Source of the DNA: an uncultured Clostridia bacterium
GTDB taxonomy: Bacteria > Bacillota > Clostridia > Oscillospirales > JAAYOS01
Direction: 5' to 3'
DNA length: 64,000 nucleotides
Assembly (NCBI GenBank): GCA_947593925.1
Contig: CANQDU010000005.1
Coordinates: forward strand, 48,571-112,570
In this document: one piece after another, positions 46,862 to 54,550 of the stretch
Position numbering within the stretch: position 1 is the first letter of the stretch
Layout of the letters: every line of letters begins with the position of its first letter
Made by a program: the position numbers and the translations under genes
Notes under the pieces: generated by a model
Told to the model about the DNA's origin: nothing
Database searches by the model: none
Seen by the model: only the letters and a program-made list of their open reading frames with translations

Positions 46862-48043
46862 ATGACAAAAAGACGCGCAAACGGTGAGGGCTCCATCTAT
46901 CGCCGCCGGGACGGACTGTGGACGGCGCAGTTCACAGCGCCGGACGGCCGGCGGCGGTATCTCTACGCTCACACCCGGACGGAGGCGGCGGCGCTGCTGC
47001 GGAGCGCGGCGGCGTCCCCGCCGCCGGCGGACACGCGAACGCTCGGCGAGTGGCTTTCGGAGTGGCTCGAGGTGTACGTCCGGCCGACGGTGCGTCCGCG
47101 CACCTACGCCGCGTATCACGCGGAGCTGTACGGCCACATCGTCCCGGCGCTCGGCGAGACGCCGCTGTACCTTCTCCGGGAGGAGGCGCTCCAGCGCTTC
47201 CTCGCTCGGGAGCTCGGCCGGTTCGCGCGCTCGACCGTCTCGCACCTGCGGACGCGCCTCCAGACCTCGCTGCAAAAGGCGGCGGATCTCGGCTACATCG
47301 AGAAGAACCCGGCGGCGCGGCTCGTCCTGCCTCCGGCGGACAAGCCCGAGCGGCTGGTCTTTTCGCCGGAGGAACAGCGGCGGTTCGAGCTCGCGGCGAT
47401 GAGCCGGTTCGGGCGTCAGTGGCTCGCCGCCGTGCCGGTGCTTCTGCTCCGCACCGGCCTGCGGATTGGGGAGGCGCTGGGTCTGCGGCTCGAGGACATT
47501 GACCTCGAGCGGAAGGAGCTGCGCGTGCGGCGGACGGTCGGGCGCGTCCGCGCGCCGGGGACGGGGCATGCGCCGATATGCGAGGGCGAGCCGAAGACGC
47601 GGCAGAGCCGCCGCACCGTCCCGATAGACACGTTCACGGCGGAGCTGCTGCGCGCGGCGATGCTCCGCCGCGCCGAGATGATCCGGCGGTCGGCAGAGCG
47701 GTGGCGCGCGTCGCCGCGTTGGGACGGGACGTGGCTCGAGCGCGGCTTCCTCTTCCTCACGAGCACCGGCGCGCTGTCGGACGGTACCGATATCCGCCGC
47801 CTGCTCCGCTCTGTCGAGGACGAGGCGGGCCTGCCGCCGGTCACTCTGCACGGCCTCCGCCACACGTTCGCTACGCGCTGGGTGGAGAGCGGGCTGGACA
47901 TCAAGAGCCTGAGCGAGCTTCTCGGCCACTCGGACACGCAGATGACGCTCAACATCTATACGCACTCGCTGCCGGGGCAGAAGCGCGCGTGCGTTGACCG
48001 GCTCGCGGAGCTGCTGTACGGCGGGGCGACGGCGTCGCTGTAA
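46862..48043 (+). CDS. Tyrosine-type site-specific recombinase/integrase (orphan; candidate invertase of the adjacent locus)
   Basis: 393 aa. N-terminal arm-type-binding-like RANGEGSIYRRRDGLWTAQF. Catalytic R (LLLRTGLRIGE), HxxR (HGLRHTFAT), H..Y (LGHSDTQMTLNIYTH) all intact. SD gggaggg precedes the ATG. Confidence 0.9.
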   Translation: MTKRRANGEGSIYRRRDGLWTAQFTAPDGRRRYLYAHTRTEAAALLRSAAASPPPADTRTLGEWLSEWLEVYVRPTVRPRTYAAYHAELYGHIVPALGETPLYLLREEALQRFLARELGRFARSTVSHLRTRLQTSLQKAADLGYIEKNPAARLVLPPADKPERLVFSPEEQRRFELAAMSRFGRQWLAAVPVLLLRTGLRIGEALGLRLEDIDLERKELRVRRTVGRVRAPGTGHAPICEGEPKTRQSRRTVPIDTFTAELLRAAMLRRAEMIRRSAERWRASPRWDGTWLERGFLFLTSTGALSDGTDIRRLLRSVEDEAGLPPVTLHGLRHTFATRWVESGLDIKSLSELLGHSDTQMTLNIYTHSLPGQKRACVDRLAELLYGGATASL

Positions 48044-48205
48044 AGTCGCTGTATTCGCCGGGGCGCGAGACCCGCGCGGCGGCGGCGTTTCGGCGGCTGT
48101 GTGCGGAGAAAGCGCGGCGGGCGGCTGTAAAACCGTCCTCCGGGCGCGGCGGGCGGCGCGCGAAACCGGCGAAAAATCCCTCCCGAATGATTTTTTGCAG
48201 GACAC

Positions 48206-48687
48206 GGCAGGAGTGTCATGCCAAAAAATCTTACAGGAGGAAAAGAACACATGAAGAACCTGAAGAAAGTTCTGTCCCTGGCTCTTGCGTTTGCGATGGT
48301 GCTGGGCCTGTGCGTCGGGGCTATGGCCGCGCAGGACGTCACCAAAGCCGGAGACTGGGCAGACGTCACCAACAAGGACGCGGCTCAGCTTCTGAACGCG
48401 TTCAACATCATGGCGGGCGACGACAAGGGCAATTTCAACCCCGCTAACAACGTCACCCGTGCAGAGGCCACCAAGATGATCGCTGTCGCTCTTTGGAGCG
48501 GCGAGGATCTCAAGGACTGGTTCAAGGACAGCACCACCACCTTTACCGACGTTCACAGCGCCGACTGGTTTGCCGGCTACGTTAACTACGCCGTGACCAC
48601 CGGCATCGTCGGCGGCCGTAACGCCACCACCTTCGACCCGAAGGGCAACGTCACCGGCTACGAGCTGCTGAAGATGACCCTTACCGC
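48206..48687. repeat. Outer inverted repeat, left arm (482 bp)
   Basis: Exact reverse complement of 53934-54415 (checked line by line), with mismatches immediately outside both ends. Contains the 45-nt leader, AGGAGG, the start codon and codons 1-145. Confidence 0.97.
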
Positions 48688-51100
48688 GCTCGGCTACAAG
48701 CAGGACGTTGAGGGCCTCATCGGCGCCAACTGGAAGGTCAACACCATGCGCCTCGCCATCGGCGGCAATGACCTCGCCGACCTGACCAAGGACGTCAAGG
48801 TCACCAGCTGGGACACTCCGATCAGCCGTGACAATACCGCTAAGGTCGTCGCTAACATGATCGGCCGCGCCACCGTCAAGTATGACCGTGACGGCTATCT
48901 CGTTGTCAACACCAAGACTGAAAACGACGAAACCGTTAACGTGACCTTCGGCGCGCAGTACCTCGGCGTCACGACCAAGACCGGCGTTCTCGTTGCCAAC
49001 ACCTACGGCACGATGAATTCGAGCGTGCTCGGAGCAACTACTGGCGCCGCCGTCTACAAAGTTAAGGATGCCGACCACTTTAATGCGGTTGTTCAGCCGA
49101 TGAAGGACGGCAAGATCGATGGTGATCCGATCGATGTCAACAGCGACAGCGGCCTGTTCGCGCTCGGTTCCAATGCCACCGTTTATCTCTCCAACGGCGT
49201 CGCGATTTCGACGGTCGTCACTCCCGCTGCGGCTATCAACGATCCCTATGCTAAGTTTGATACCGACACCAACGGCGATAAGGCCGTTAAGACGATCACC
49301 GTCGGCCCCGCCACCGGAGATACCGCGTATAATGCTTCCTTCAATTTCGATACTAACGCGAACGGCAAGTACGATCTCACGATAACCGTTAAGTTCGCGA
49401 CTATCAAAGAAGTCAAGGACGTTGTCGAGACCAAGAACTTCGGCACTGTCTATCAGACCGAGGGCGTCGCTTGGCGTGACCTCTATGACAAGGAAGGCGA
49501 GAAGCTCCGCAGCGGCTTCACCACCTTGAAGACGATAGCCGGCGACGCGCCTGCCAAGGGCGATCAGATCATGTATTCCACGGTCAAAAATGCCAGCGAT
49601 AAGGACGTCACCATCGGCGTTGCACTTGATGCGACCGAGGGCAAGGTCACCCGTATCAACGGCTCCACTTACTACATTGACGGCGTTGCACACTCCATCG
49701 GCACCAAGACCAGCGGTACTACTAGTGATGCCGCTTGCGTAACGCTCACCTTCGGCACCGCCGCTACCTTCTACACCTATCCGGGCTCGACCGAAATAGT
49801 CTTGACCGGCGATGTTAAGACCGAGGCGGTCAAGGTCGCGCTCATCTATGACGCGGGTTACACCCCCGGCACTGAAGGCACCGGTCTTGACGCCACCACG
49901 ACCAAGCCGGTCGTCGAAGTCGCGGCTATCCTGCCGGACGGCACTCCGGGCACCTACGTTCTCGTTTCTGCCCCCAAGGATACGAGTACTAACTACGATC
50001 TTACTACGGAAGCCGGTATAGCGGATGCCTTTGGCAACAGTGGCGCTCTCACTGATCTGAACAGCAAAGCTTGGACGGTCAAAACAACGCCTGAGGCCAC
50101 CACCATTGAGGCGGGCAATGATGCCAAGAACTACATCGTTGAGTACACGCTTACTGATGACGGCTACATGAAGATCACCAAGATCGAGAAGCTTGATGAC
50201 ACGAACGTGATCAAGGGCGGCGAGAAGGGTACTGCCATCACCACCAGCACCACGAGCGTCAAGGTTGGCGATGATAGCAAGGTCATCACCCCCGATACCG
50301 TAACCTTCATCCAGACCTCGATAAAGAAGGATACTGACACTACCGAGAAGTGGACCGCCTATGTCGGCAGAACCGCCAGCTACACCATTAAGGCCGGCAA
50401 TAACAACGAAGACGGCGCAGTACAGGTGGTGCTCACCGACTACACCAGCGAGAAGGACGCGGCCGCCGTCAAGTACGCGCTTGTCGAGTACAAGGACTGC
50501 GATCAGAACGTCGGAACCAAGTCCGACTTCTACTATGTCATCGCCGTTAACGGCCAGATCGGTGATAGCAAGTACGAGTACGTCGTCTATGACGCGAGCG
50601 CGGACGAGGTCAAGACCATCACCACTGAAGACGACAAAGTTAGTGGTACAGCTATAGCGAAGGGCGACTTCTACACCACGTATGACGGCAAGAAGTTCTC
50701 GGAAAAGCAGAACTCCGCATGGGTGGTAGCTGCAAATACGGGCTATGTCACGAGCTTCAAGGACAACATACTCGTTATTACCGGCTACAGCGATAAGGCT
50801 AATACGACGGACAAGAAGTATCCGTTCGACCAGGTCAAGACTATCGCGGTCGATAACGACACGAAGTATTACTTCCTCGGCGACGACAAGACCAGCGCGA
50901 AGATAACCGCCGCTGATGTTGTCGCGCAGGCTCCGTCCAAGGAGCCGACCTTGGACACGACCAAGGATCCGAATGTGCTCACCACTCCGTATCAGGCGAT
51001 CGTTATAGCGAGCACCACAAAGACCGGTTACGCTTCTACCGTCATCGTCTTTGAGGCGGAGCAGAGCTACACGACCAACGTTACTACCTCCGGTCGTTAA
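48251..51100 (+). CDS. SLH-anchored S-layer-type surface protein, cassette A (949 aa)
   Basis: ATG 48251 is 10 nt after aggagg. Signal peptide MKNLKKVLSLALAFAMVLGLCVGAMA. N-terminal SLH repeats (NAFNIMAGDDKGNFNPANNVTRAEATKMI.., FTDVHSADWFAGYVNYAVTTGIVGG..). Thr/Val/Gly/Asp-rich beta-type body. Confidence 0.9.
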   Translation: MKNLKKVLSLALAFAMVLGLCVGAMAAQDVTKAGDWADVTNKDAAQLLNAFNIMAGDDKGNFNPANNVTRAEATKMIAVALWSGEDLKDWFKDSTTTFTDVHSADWFAGYVNYAVTTGIVGGRNATTFDPKGNVTGYELLKMTLTALGYKQDVEGLIGANWKVNTMRLAIGGNDLADLTKDVKVTSWDTPISRDNTAKVVANMIGRATVKYDRDGYLVVNTKTENDETVNVTFGAQYLGVTTKTGVLVANTYGTMNSSVLGATTGAAVYKVKDADHFNAVVQPMKDGKIDGDPIDVNSDSGLFALGSNATVYLSNGVAISTVVTPAAAINDPYAKFDTDTNGDKAVKTITVGPATGDTAYNASFNFDTNANGKYDLTITVKFATIKEVKDVVETKNFGTVYQTEGVAWRDLYDKEGEKLRSGFTTLKTIAGDAPAKGDQIMYSTVKNASDKDVTIGVALDATEGKVTRINGSTYYIDGVAHSIGTKTSGTTSDAACVTLTFGTAATFYTYPGSTEIVLTGDVKTEAVKVALIYDAGYTPGTEGTGLDATTTKPVVEVAAILPDGTPGTYVLVSAPKDTSTNYDLTTEAGIADAFGNSGALTDLNSKAWTVKTTPEATTIEAGNDAKNYIVEYTLTDDGYMKITKIEKLDDTNVIKGGEKGTAITTSTTSVKVGDDSKVITPDTVTFIQTSIKKDTDTTEKWTAYVGRTASYTIKAGNNNEDGAVQVVLTDYTSEKDAAAVKYALVEYKDCDQNVGTKSDFYYVIAVNGQIGDSKYEYVVYDASADEVKTITTEDDKVSGTAIAKGDFYTTYDGKKFSEKQNSAWVVAANTGYVTSFKDNILVITGYSDKANTTDKKYPFDQVKTIAVDNDTKYYFLGDDKTSAKITAADVVAQAPSKEPTLDTTKDPNVLTTPYQAIVIASTTKTGYASTVIVFEAEQSYTTNVTTSGR

Positions 51101-51118
51101 CCCCAACTCACACTGAAT

Positions 51119-51164
51119 CAACACACACGTTAAAACGCTTTGGCATGGCGTGAAAACCTGCAAA
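51119..51164. repeat. Inner inverted repeat, left arm (46 bp, 1 mismatch)
   Basis: caacacacacgttaaaacgctttggcatggcgtgaaaacctgcaaa is the reverse complement of 51599-51644, except 51152 g vs a. Starts 19 nt after the cassette A stop. Confidence 0.9.
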
Positions 51165-51170
51165 TGAGGA

Positions 51171-51200
51171 GCGCCCCCGAGCCGCAAGGCTCGGGGGCGC
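51171..51200 (+). terminator. Hairpin after cassette A (weak T-tract)
   Basis: GCGCCCCCGAGCC gcaa GGCTCGGGGGCGC followed by CTTCGTG. Confidence 0.45.
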
Positions 51201-51228
51201 CTTCGTGCGCGCGAGGGGGAGCGAGTGC

Positions 51229-51304
51229 GCGGGACACACAGCGCGGGACACACAGCGCGGGACACACAGCGCGGGACACACAGCGCGGGACACACAGCGC
51301 GGGG
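51229..51304. repeat. 14-bp tandem repeat, 5.4 copies
   Basis: (gcgggacacacagc)x5 then gcgggg. Intergenic, between the two convergent cassettes. Confidence 0.95.
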
Positions 51305-51564
51305 GGTGCGCGCCGCATCTGCGGCGCGCACGGCGGCGCGGCGGCGACGAGGCCGGGCGCGGAGCCGCATGCTCGCGGGTGCGGGCGGGTCTGTGCGGCG
51401 CTGAGAGCTCCGTTCCGCCGCCGCACCGCCGCAGGACGCGCCCGTGGCCACGGGCGCGTCCTGCGCCCCCGCGCGCCCCGCAACCCCCGCGCTTCGCTCT
51501 GTCCGGCGGCTCCGCAGGGCACAGGCTGCGGGCAAAGCCCGCAGCCTGTGCCCTACGCGCGCAA

Positions 51565-51597
51565 AAGCCGCCTCGGGCAAAATGCCCGAGGCGGCTT
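51565..51597 (-). terminator. Intrinsic terminator after cassette B
   Basis: Minus strand AAGCCGCCTCGGGCA ttt TGCCCGAGGCGGCTT followed by TTGCGCGC. Confidence 0.7.
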
Positions 51598-51598
51598 C

Positions 51599-51644
51599 TT
51601 TGCAGGTTTTTACGCCATGCCAAAGCGTTTTAACGTGTGTGTTG
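51599..51644. repeat. Inner inverted repeat, right arm (46 bp)
   Basis: Reverse complement of 51119-51164 with one mismatch. Ends 11 nt from the cassette B stop codon. Confidence 0.9.
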
Positions 51645-51655
51645 CTGTGAGGGAC

Positions 51656-54370
51656 TTACTCGGCGGCCTTCGCAACAGCCGGCTGCTCCTCAACAAAGAG
51701 GATGACGGTATCGGCAATATTGTCAGTGCCGACAACGACGATCGCCTGATACGGCGGCGCCTGGTCATCGTCCTTGGGCAGATTGGCCGGGGTCTGAGCG
51801 ATAACGTCAGCGGCGGTTATCTTCTCGCTGTTGGTCTCATCGCCGAGGACATAATACTTCGTGTCGGTATCGACAACGATAGCCTTAAGGGTGCCGTAGT
51901 CCTTATATCCGTTCTCCTGCGCATTCTTTGCGAAACCGGAGAGAACGAGGATATTGTCGGCAACACTGGTGACATAGCCCTTATTGTCATCGGTAAACAC
52001 CTTCGGCTCGCTAAATGTCAATCCATCATACCCGCCGTAGAAGTCGCCCTTCTTGACATTCGCACCGCCGGTAAGGCTCGTAGTGACGGTCTTGACTTCG
52101 TCCGCGCTCGCGTCATAGACGACGAACTCGCGCTTGTCATCAGCGATCTGGCCGTTAACAGTGATGACATAGTAGAAGTCGGATTCAGTCGGGGCAGCTT
52201 CGCCAAGAGCAGCCTTAGTGACAACTGCATACTTAACGGAGGCGTTCTCTATTCCGTTGTAGATACCGAGAACAACGCTTACGCTACCCTGCTTCGCAAT
52301 GGTGTAAGCGTGCCTGCCGGTGTAAGCAGCCCACTCCTCGGCGCCGGTCGTTTCATCCTTCTTGGTCTGGACGAAAGTGACGGTATCGGAGGTGATCAGC
52401 TTAACGCCAGCCGCAGTACCACCAGTAACTGTAACGTTCGTAGTGGTCGCCTTAATATCAAGGCCATCATTGCCACCGGCAATTGTTCCGTTATACGGAA
52501 CAGCTTCGGTTATCGTCATGTTGTCGTTCTCATCAAGAGTGTACTTGACGATATAGTTGGTGTCGCCACCCTTTGCATTATTAAGCGTGAGGCCACTCTT
52601 GCTATTGCTAGCAGCGCTCCAATCGTTGCCGTTCAGACCAAACAGATTCTGGCTCTGGGTATTGAAAACCGTCGAGATCTCAGCGTCTTTGGTAAGATCG
52701 TGATTACCGAACTTGGTAACGACATAGTTGCCCGGAGTGCCGTCCGGCAGGATAGCGGCGACGGTGACGACAGAATTAGTCGCGGTTGCGCCAAGGCTAG
52801 TACCCTTGTTGCCAGGGGTCAAACCTGCGTCATAGAGGAGCGCGACCTTGCCATCCGACTTCGCGGTCAGATCCTCGTCAAGAATGATGGTCGAGCCCGG
52901 ATAGGTGTAGAAGACGCCGGTAGCACCGAAGGTGGGCTTATCACCCGCGCCGATGCTGTACTTAGTGCCGTTAATGTAGTAGTCATTGCCGTTGATGCGG
53001 CTGACGGAGCCCTCGACGGTCTCGAGCGCAACGCCTACGTTAACGGGCGTGCCGGCAGCGTCCGTGGACTCGGCGTACATGATCTTGTCGCCCTTAGCAG
53101 GAGCGGTACCGGCTATTGTCTTCATGGTGGTGAAGCCGGTGTGAATGTTCGTGTTAGGCTTGTCATAGAGGTCGCGCCAAGCCGCAGCAGCGTTGGTCTG
53201 ATAGACGGTGCCAAAGTTCTCGGTCTCGACAACATCGTAAACGTCAGAAATGGCCGAGAACTTGACGGTTATCGTGAGATCGTACTTGCCACTCGCATCA
53301 GTATCGAGATTGAAATCAGCACTATACGCGGGAACAGTGGCGGTGCCAATGGTGACGGACGTGACATCCTTTGCTCCCTCAGTATTGGTGTCATACTTAT
53401 CGGTGTCGCTGATGGCCGTGGCCGGAGTGACGGCTACCGAGATCGGGGTTCCGTCCTTCTTATAAACGACGACCTTGGAGCCGAGCTCGAACAGTCCGCT
53501 GTCGCTATTGACATCAAAGGCGTCTGCAGGCGCTCCGTCCTTGGGGAGAACAACAGCGTTGTACTTCGTGCTGTCCTTTACCGCATATGCAGTGTTGCTC
53601 CCATAGGTCATTGCGCCGTAAGCGTTGGCAACGAGGGTGCCCTCAGTTCTAGCAAGGCCGAGGTAATAGGTGCCGAAAGTAACGACATCGTCAGCATCCT
53701 TCCCGGGGATATTCCCAACGAGTCCGGTCGTGGGGTTATAAGTGACGGGGGTACGCTCGACCATATTGGCTATGACCTTCGCGGTGTTGTCGCGGTCGAT
53801 CGCGAGATCCCAGTTGGTGACCTTGACGTCCTTGGTCAGATCCTTCTGGCCCCTGCTGCCGATGGCGAGGAGCATGGTGTTGACCTTCCAGTTGGCGCCG
53901 ACGAGACCCTCTTTGTTCTGGTCGTAACCAAGAGCGGTAAGGGTCATCTTCAGCAGCTCGTAGCCGGTGACGTTGCCCTTCGGGTCGAAGGTGGTGGCGT
54001 TACGGCCGCCGACGATGCCGGTGGTCACGGCGTAGTTAACGTAGCCGGCAAACCAGTCGGCGCTGTGAACGTCGGTAAAGGTGGTGGTGCTGTCCTTGAA
54101 CCAGTCCTTGAGATCCTCGCCGCTCCAAAGAGCGACAGCGATCATCTTGGTGGCCTCTGCACGGGTGACGTTGTTAGCGGGGTTGAAATTGCCCTTGTCG
54201 TCGCCCGCCATGATGTTGAACGCGTTCAGAAGCTGAGCCGCGTCCTTGTTGGTGACGTCTGCCCAGTCTCCGGCTTTGGTGACGTCCTGCGCGGCCATAG
54301 CCCCGACGCACAGGCCCAGCACCATCGCAAACGCAAGAGCCAGGGACAGAACTTTCTTCAGGTTCTTCAT
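51656..54370 (-). CDS. SLH-anchored S-layer-type surface protein, cassette B (904 aa)
   Basis: The first 149 aa are identical to cassette A, then a diverged paralogous body with conserved islands. Start ATG 54370 (same RBS as A); the upstream 22 codons of the track ORF are rejected. Confidence 0.9.
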   Translation of the reverse strand: MKNLKKVLSLALAFAMVLGLCVGAMAAQDVTKAGDWADVTNKDAAQLLNAFNIMAGDDKGNFNPANNVTRAEATKMIAVALWSGEDLKDWFKDSTTTFTDVHSADWFAGYVNYAVTTGIVGGRNATTFDPKGNVTGYELLKMTLTALGYDQNKEGLVGANWKVNTMLLAIGSRGQKDLTKDVKVTNWDLAIDRDNTAKVIANMVERTPVTYNPTTGLVGNIPGKDADDVVTFGTYYLGLARTEGTLVANAYGAMTYGSNTAYAVKDSTKYNAVVLPKDGAPADAFDVNSDSGLFELGSKVVVYKKDGTPISVAVTPATAISDTDKYDTNTEGAKDVTSVTIGTATVPAYSADFNLDTDASGKYDLTITVKFSAISDVYDVVETENFGTVYQTNAAAAWRDLYDKPNTNIHTGFTTMKTIAGTAPAKGDKIMYAESTDAAGTPVNVGVALETVEGSVSRINGNDYYINGTKYSIGAGDKPTFGATGVFYTYPGSTIILDEDLTAKSDGKVALLYDAGLTPGNKGTSLGATATNSVVTVAAILPDGTPGNYVVTKFGNHDLTKDAEISTVFNTQSQNLFGLNGNDWSAASNSKSGLTLNNAKGGDTNYIVKYTLDENDNMTITEAVPYNGTIAGGNDGLDIKATTTNVTVTGGTAAGVKLITSDTVTFVQTKKDETTGAEEWAAYTGRHAYTIAKQGSVSVVLGIYNGIENASVKYAVVTKAALGEAAPTESDFYYVITVNGQIADDKREFVVYDASADEVKTVTTSLTGGANVKKGDFYGGYDGLTFSEPKVFTDDNKGYVTSVADNILVLSGFAKNAQENGYKDYGTLKAIVVDTDTKYYVLGDETNSEKITAADVIAQTPANLPKDDDQAPPYQAIVVVGTDNIADTVILFVEEQPAVAKAAE

Positions 54371-54415
54371 GTGTTCTTTTCCTCCTGTAAGATTTTTTGG
54401 CATGACACTCCTGCC
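53934..54415. repeat. Outer inverted repeat, right arm (482 bp)
   Basis: Exact reverse complement of 48206-48687. Confidence 0.97.
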
Positions 54416-54424
54416 ACAATTCGG

Positions 54425-54453
54425 ATAATACACCACTTCCCCCCTTATTGCAA
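54425..54453 (-). promoter_or_regulatory. Candidate S-layer expression-site promoter
   Basis: Minus strand TTGCAA (54453-54448), 17 nt, TATTAT (54430-54425). The -10 box ends 9 nt outside the repeat arm. The flank 54481-54540 is about 32% GC by hand count. Confidence 0.6.
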
Positions 54454-54462
54454 GGGGGGAAG
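54436..54462 (-). terminator. Hairpin downstream of holB, overlapping the -35 box
   Basis: CTTCCCCCCTT / AAGGGGGGAAG 11-bp stem with a 5-nt loop. On the minus strand it is followed by TGGTGTATTAT. Confidence 0.45.
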
Positions 54463-54550
54463 CCGATTTGTAACATAAGTGTAATAGAAGCGATTTTTTG
54501 CAACTTTGGTGAAATATTGGGTTAGCGCATTAAAAAAGTTATATTTTAGT

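Noticed and set aside
46713-48205. Considered the integrase as the edge of a prophage, ICE or genomic island
   Set aside because: There are no other phage, conjugation or excisionase genes on either side, no adjacent tRNA, the GC content is as high as the housekeeping genes, and I found no att-like direct repeats flanking a plausible island. I cannot exclude a degraded element, but the adjacent inverted-repeat locus is a more economical target.
51229-51304. Considered whether the short direct repeats are a CRISPR array
   Set aside because: The units are 14 bp and contiguous with no spacers, there are no cas genes in the window, and the unit is far below CRISPR repeat length. This is a simple tandem repeat.
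46844-51580. 1578-aa ORF on the minus strand, the longest in the track
   Set aside because: It runs antisense to the integrase and cassette A genes. Its composition is Arg/Gly/Ala/Val-rich with no recognisable domain, which is typical of a stop-free antisense frame in GC-rich DNA. The sense-strand genes have RBSs, signal peptides and clear family motifs.
51140-54478. 1112-aa ORF on the plus strand
   Set aside because: It is antisense to cassette B and crosses the palindrome-rich spacer. It mirrors the artefact above, and its C-terminal part is identical to part of that ORF only because of the inverted repeat.
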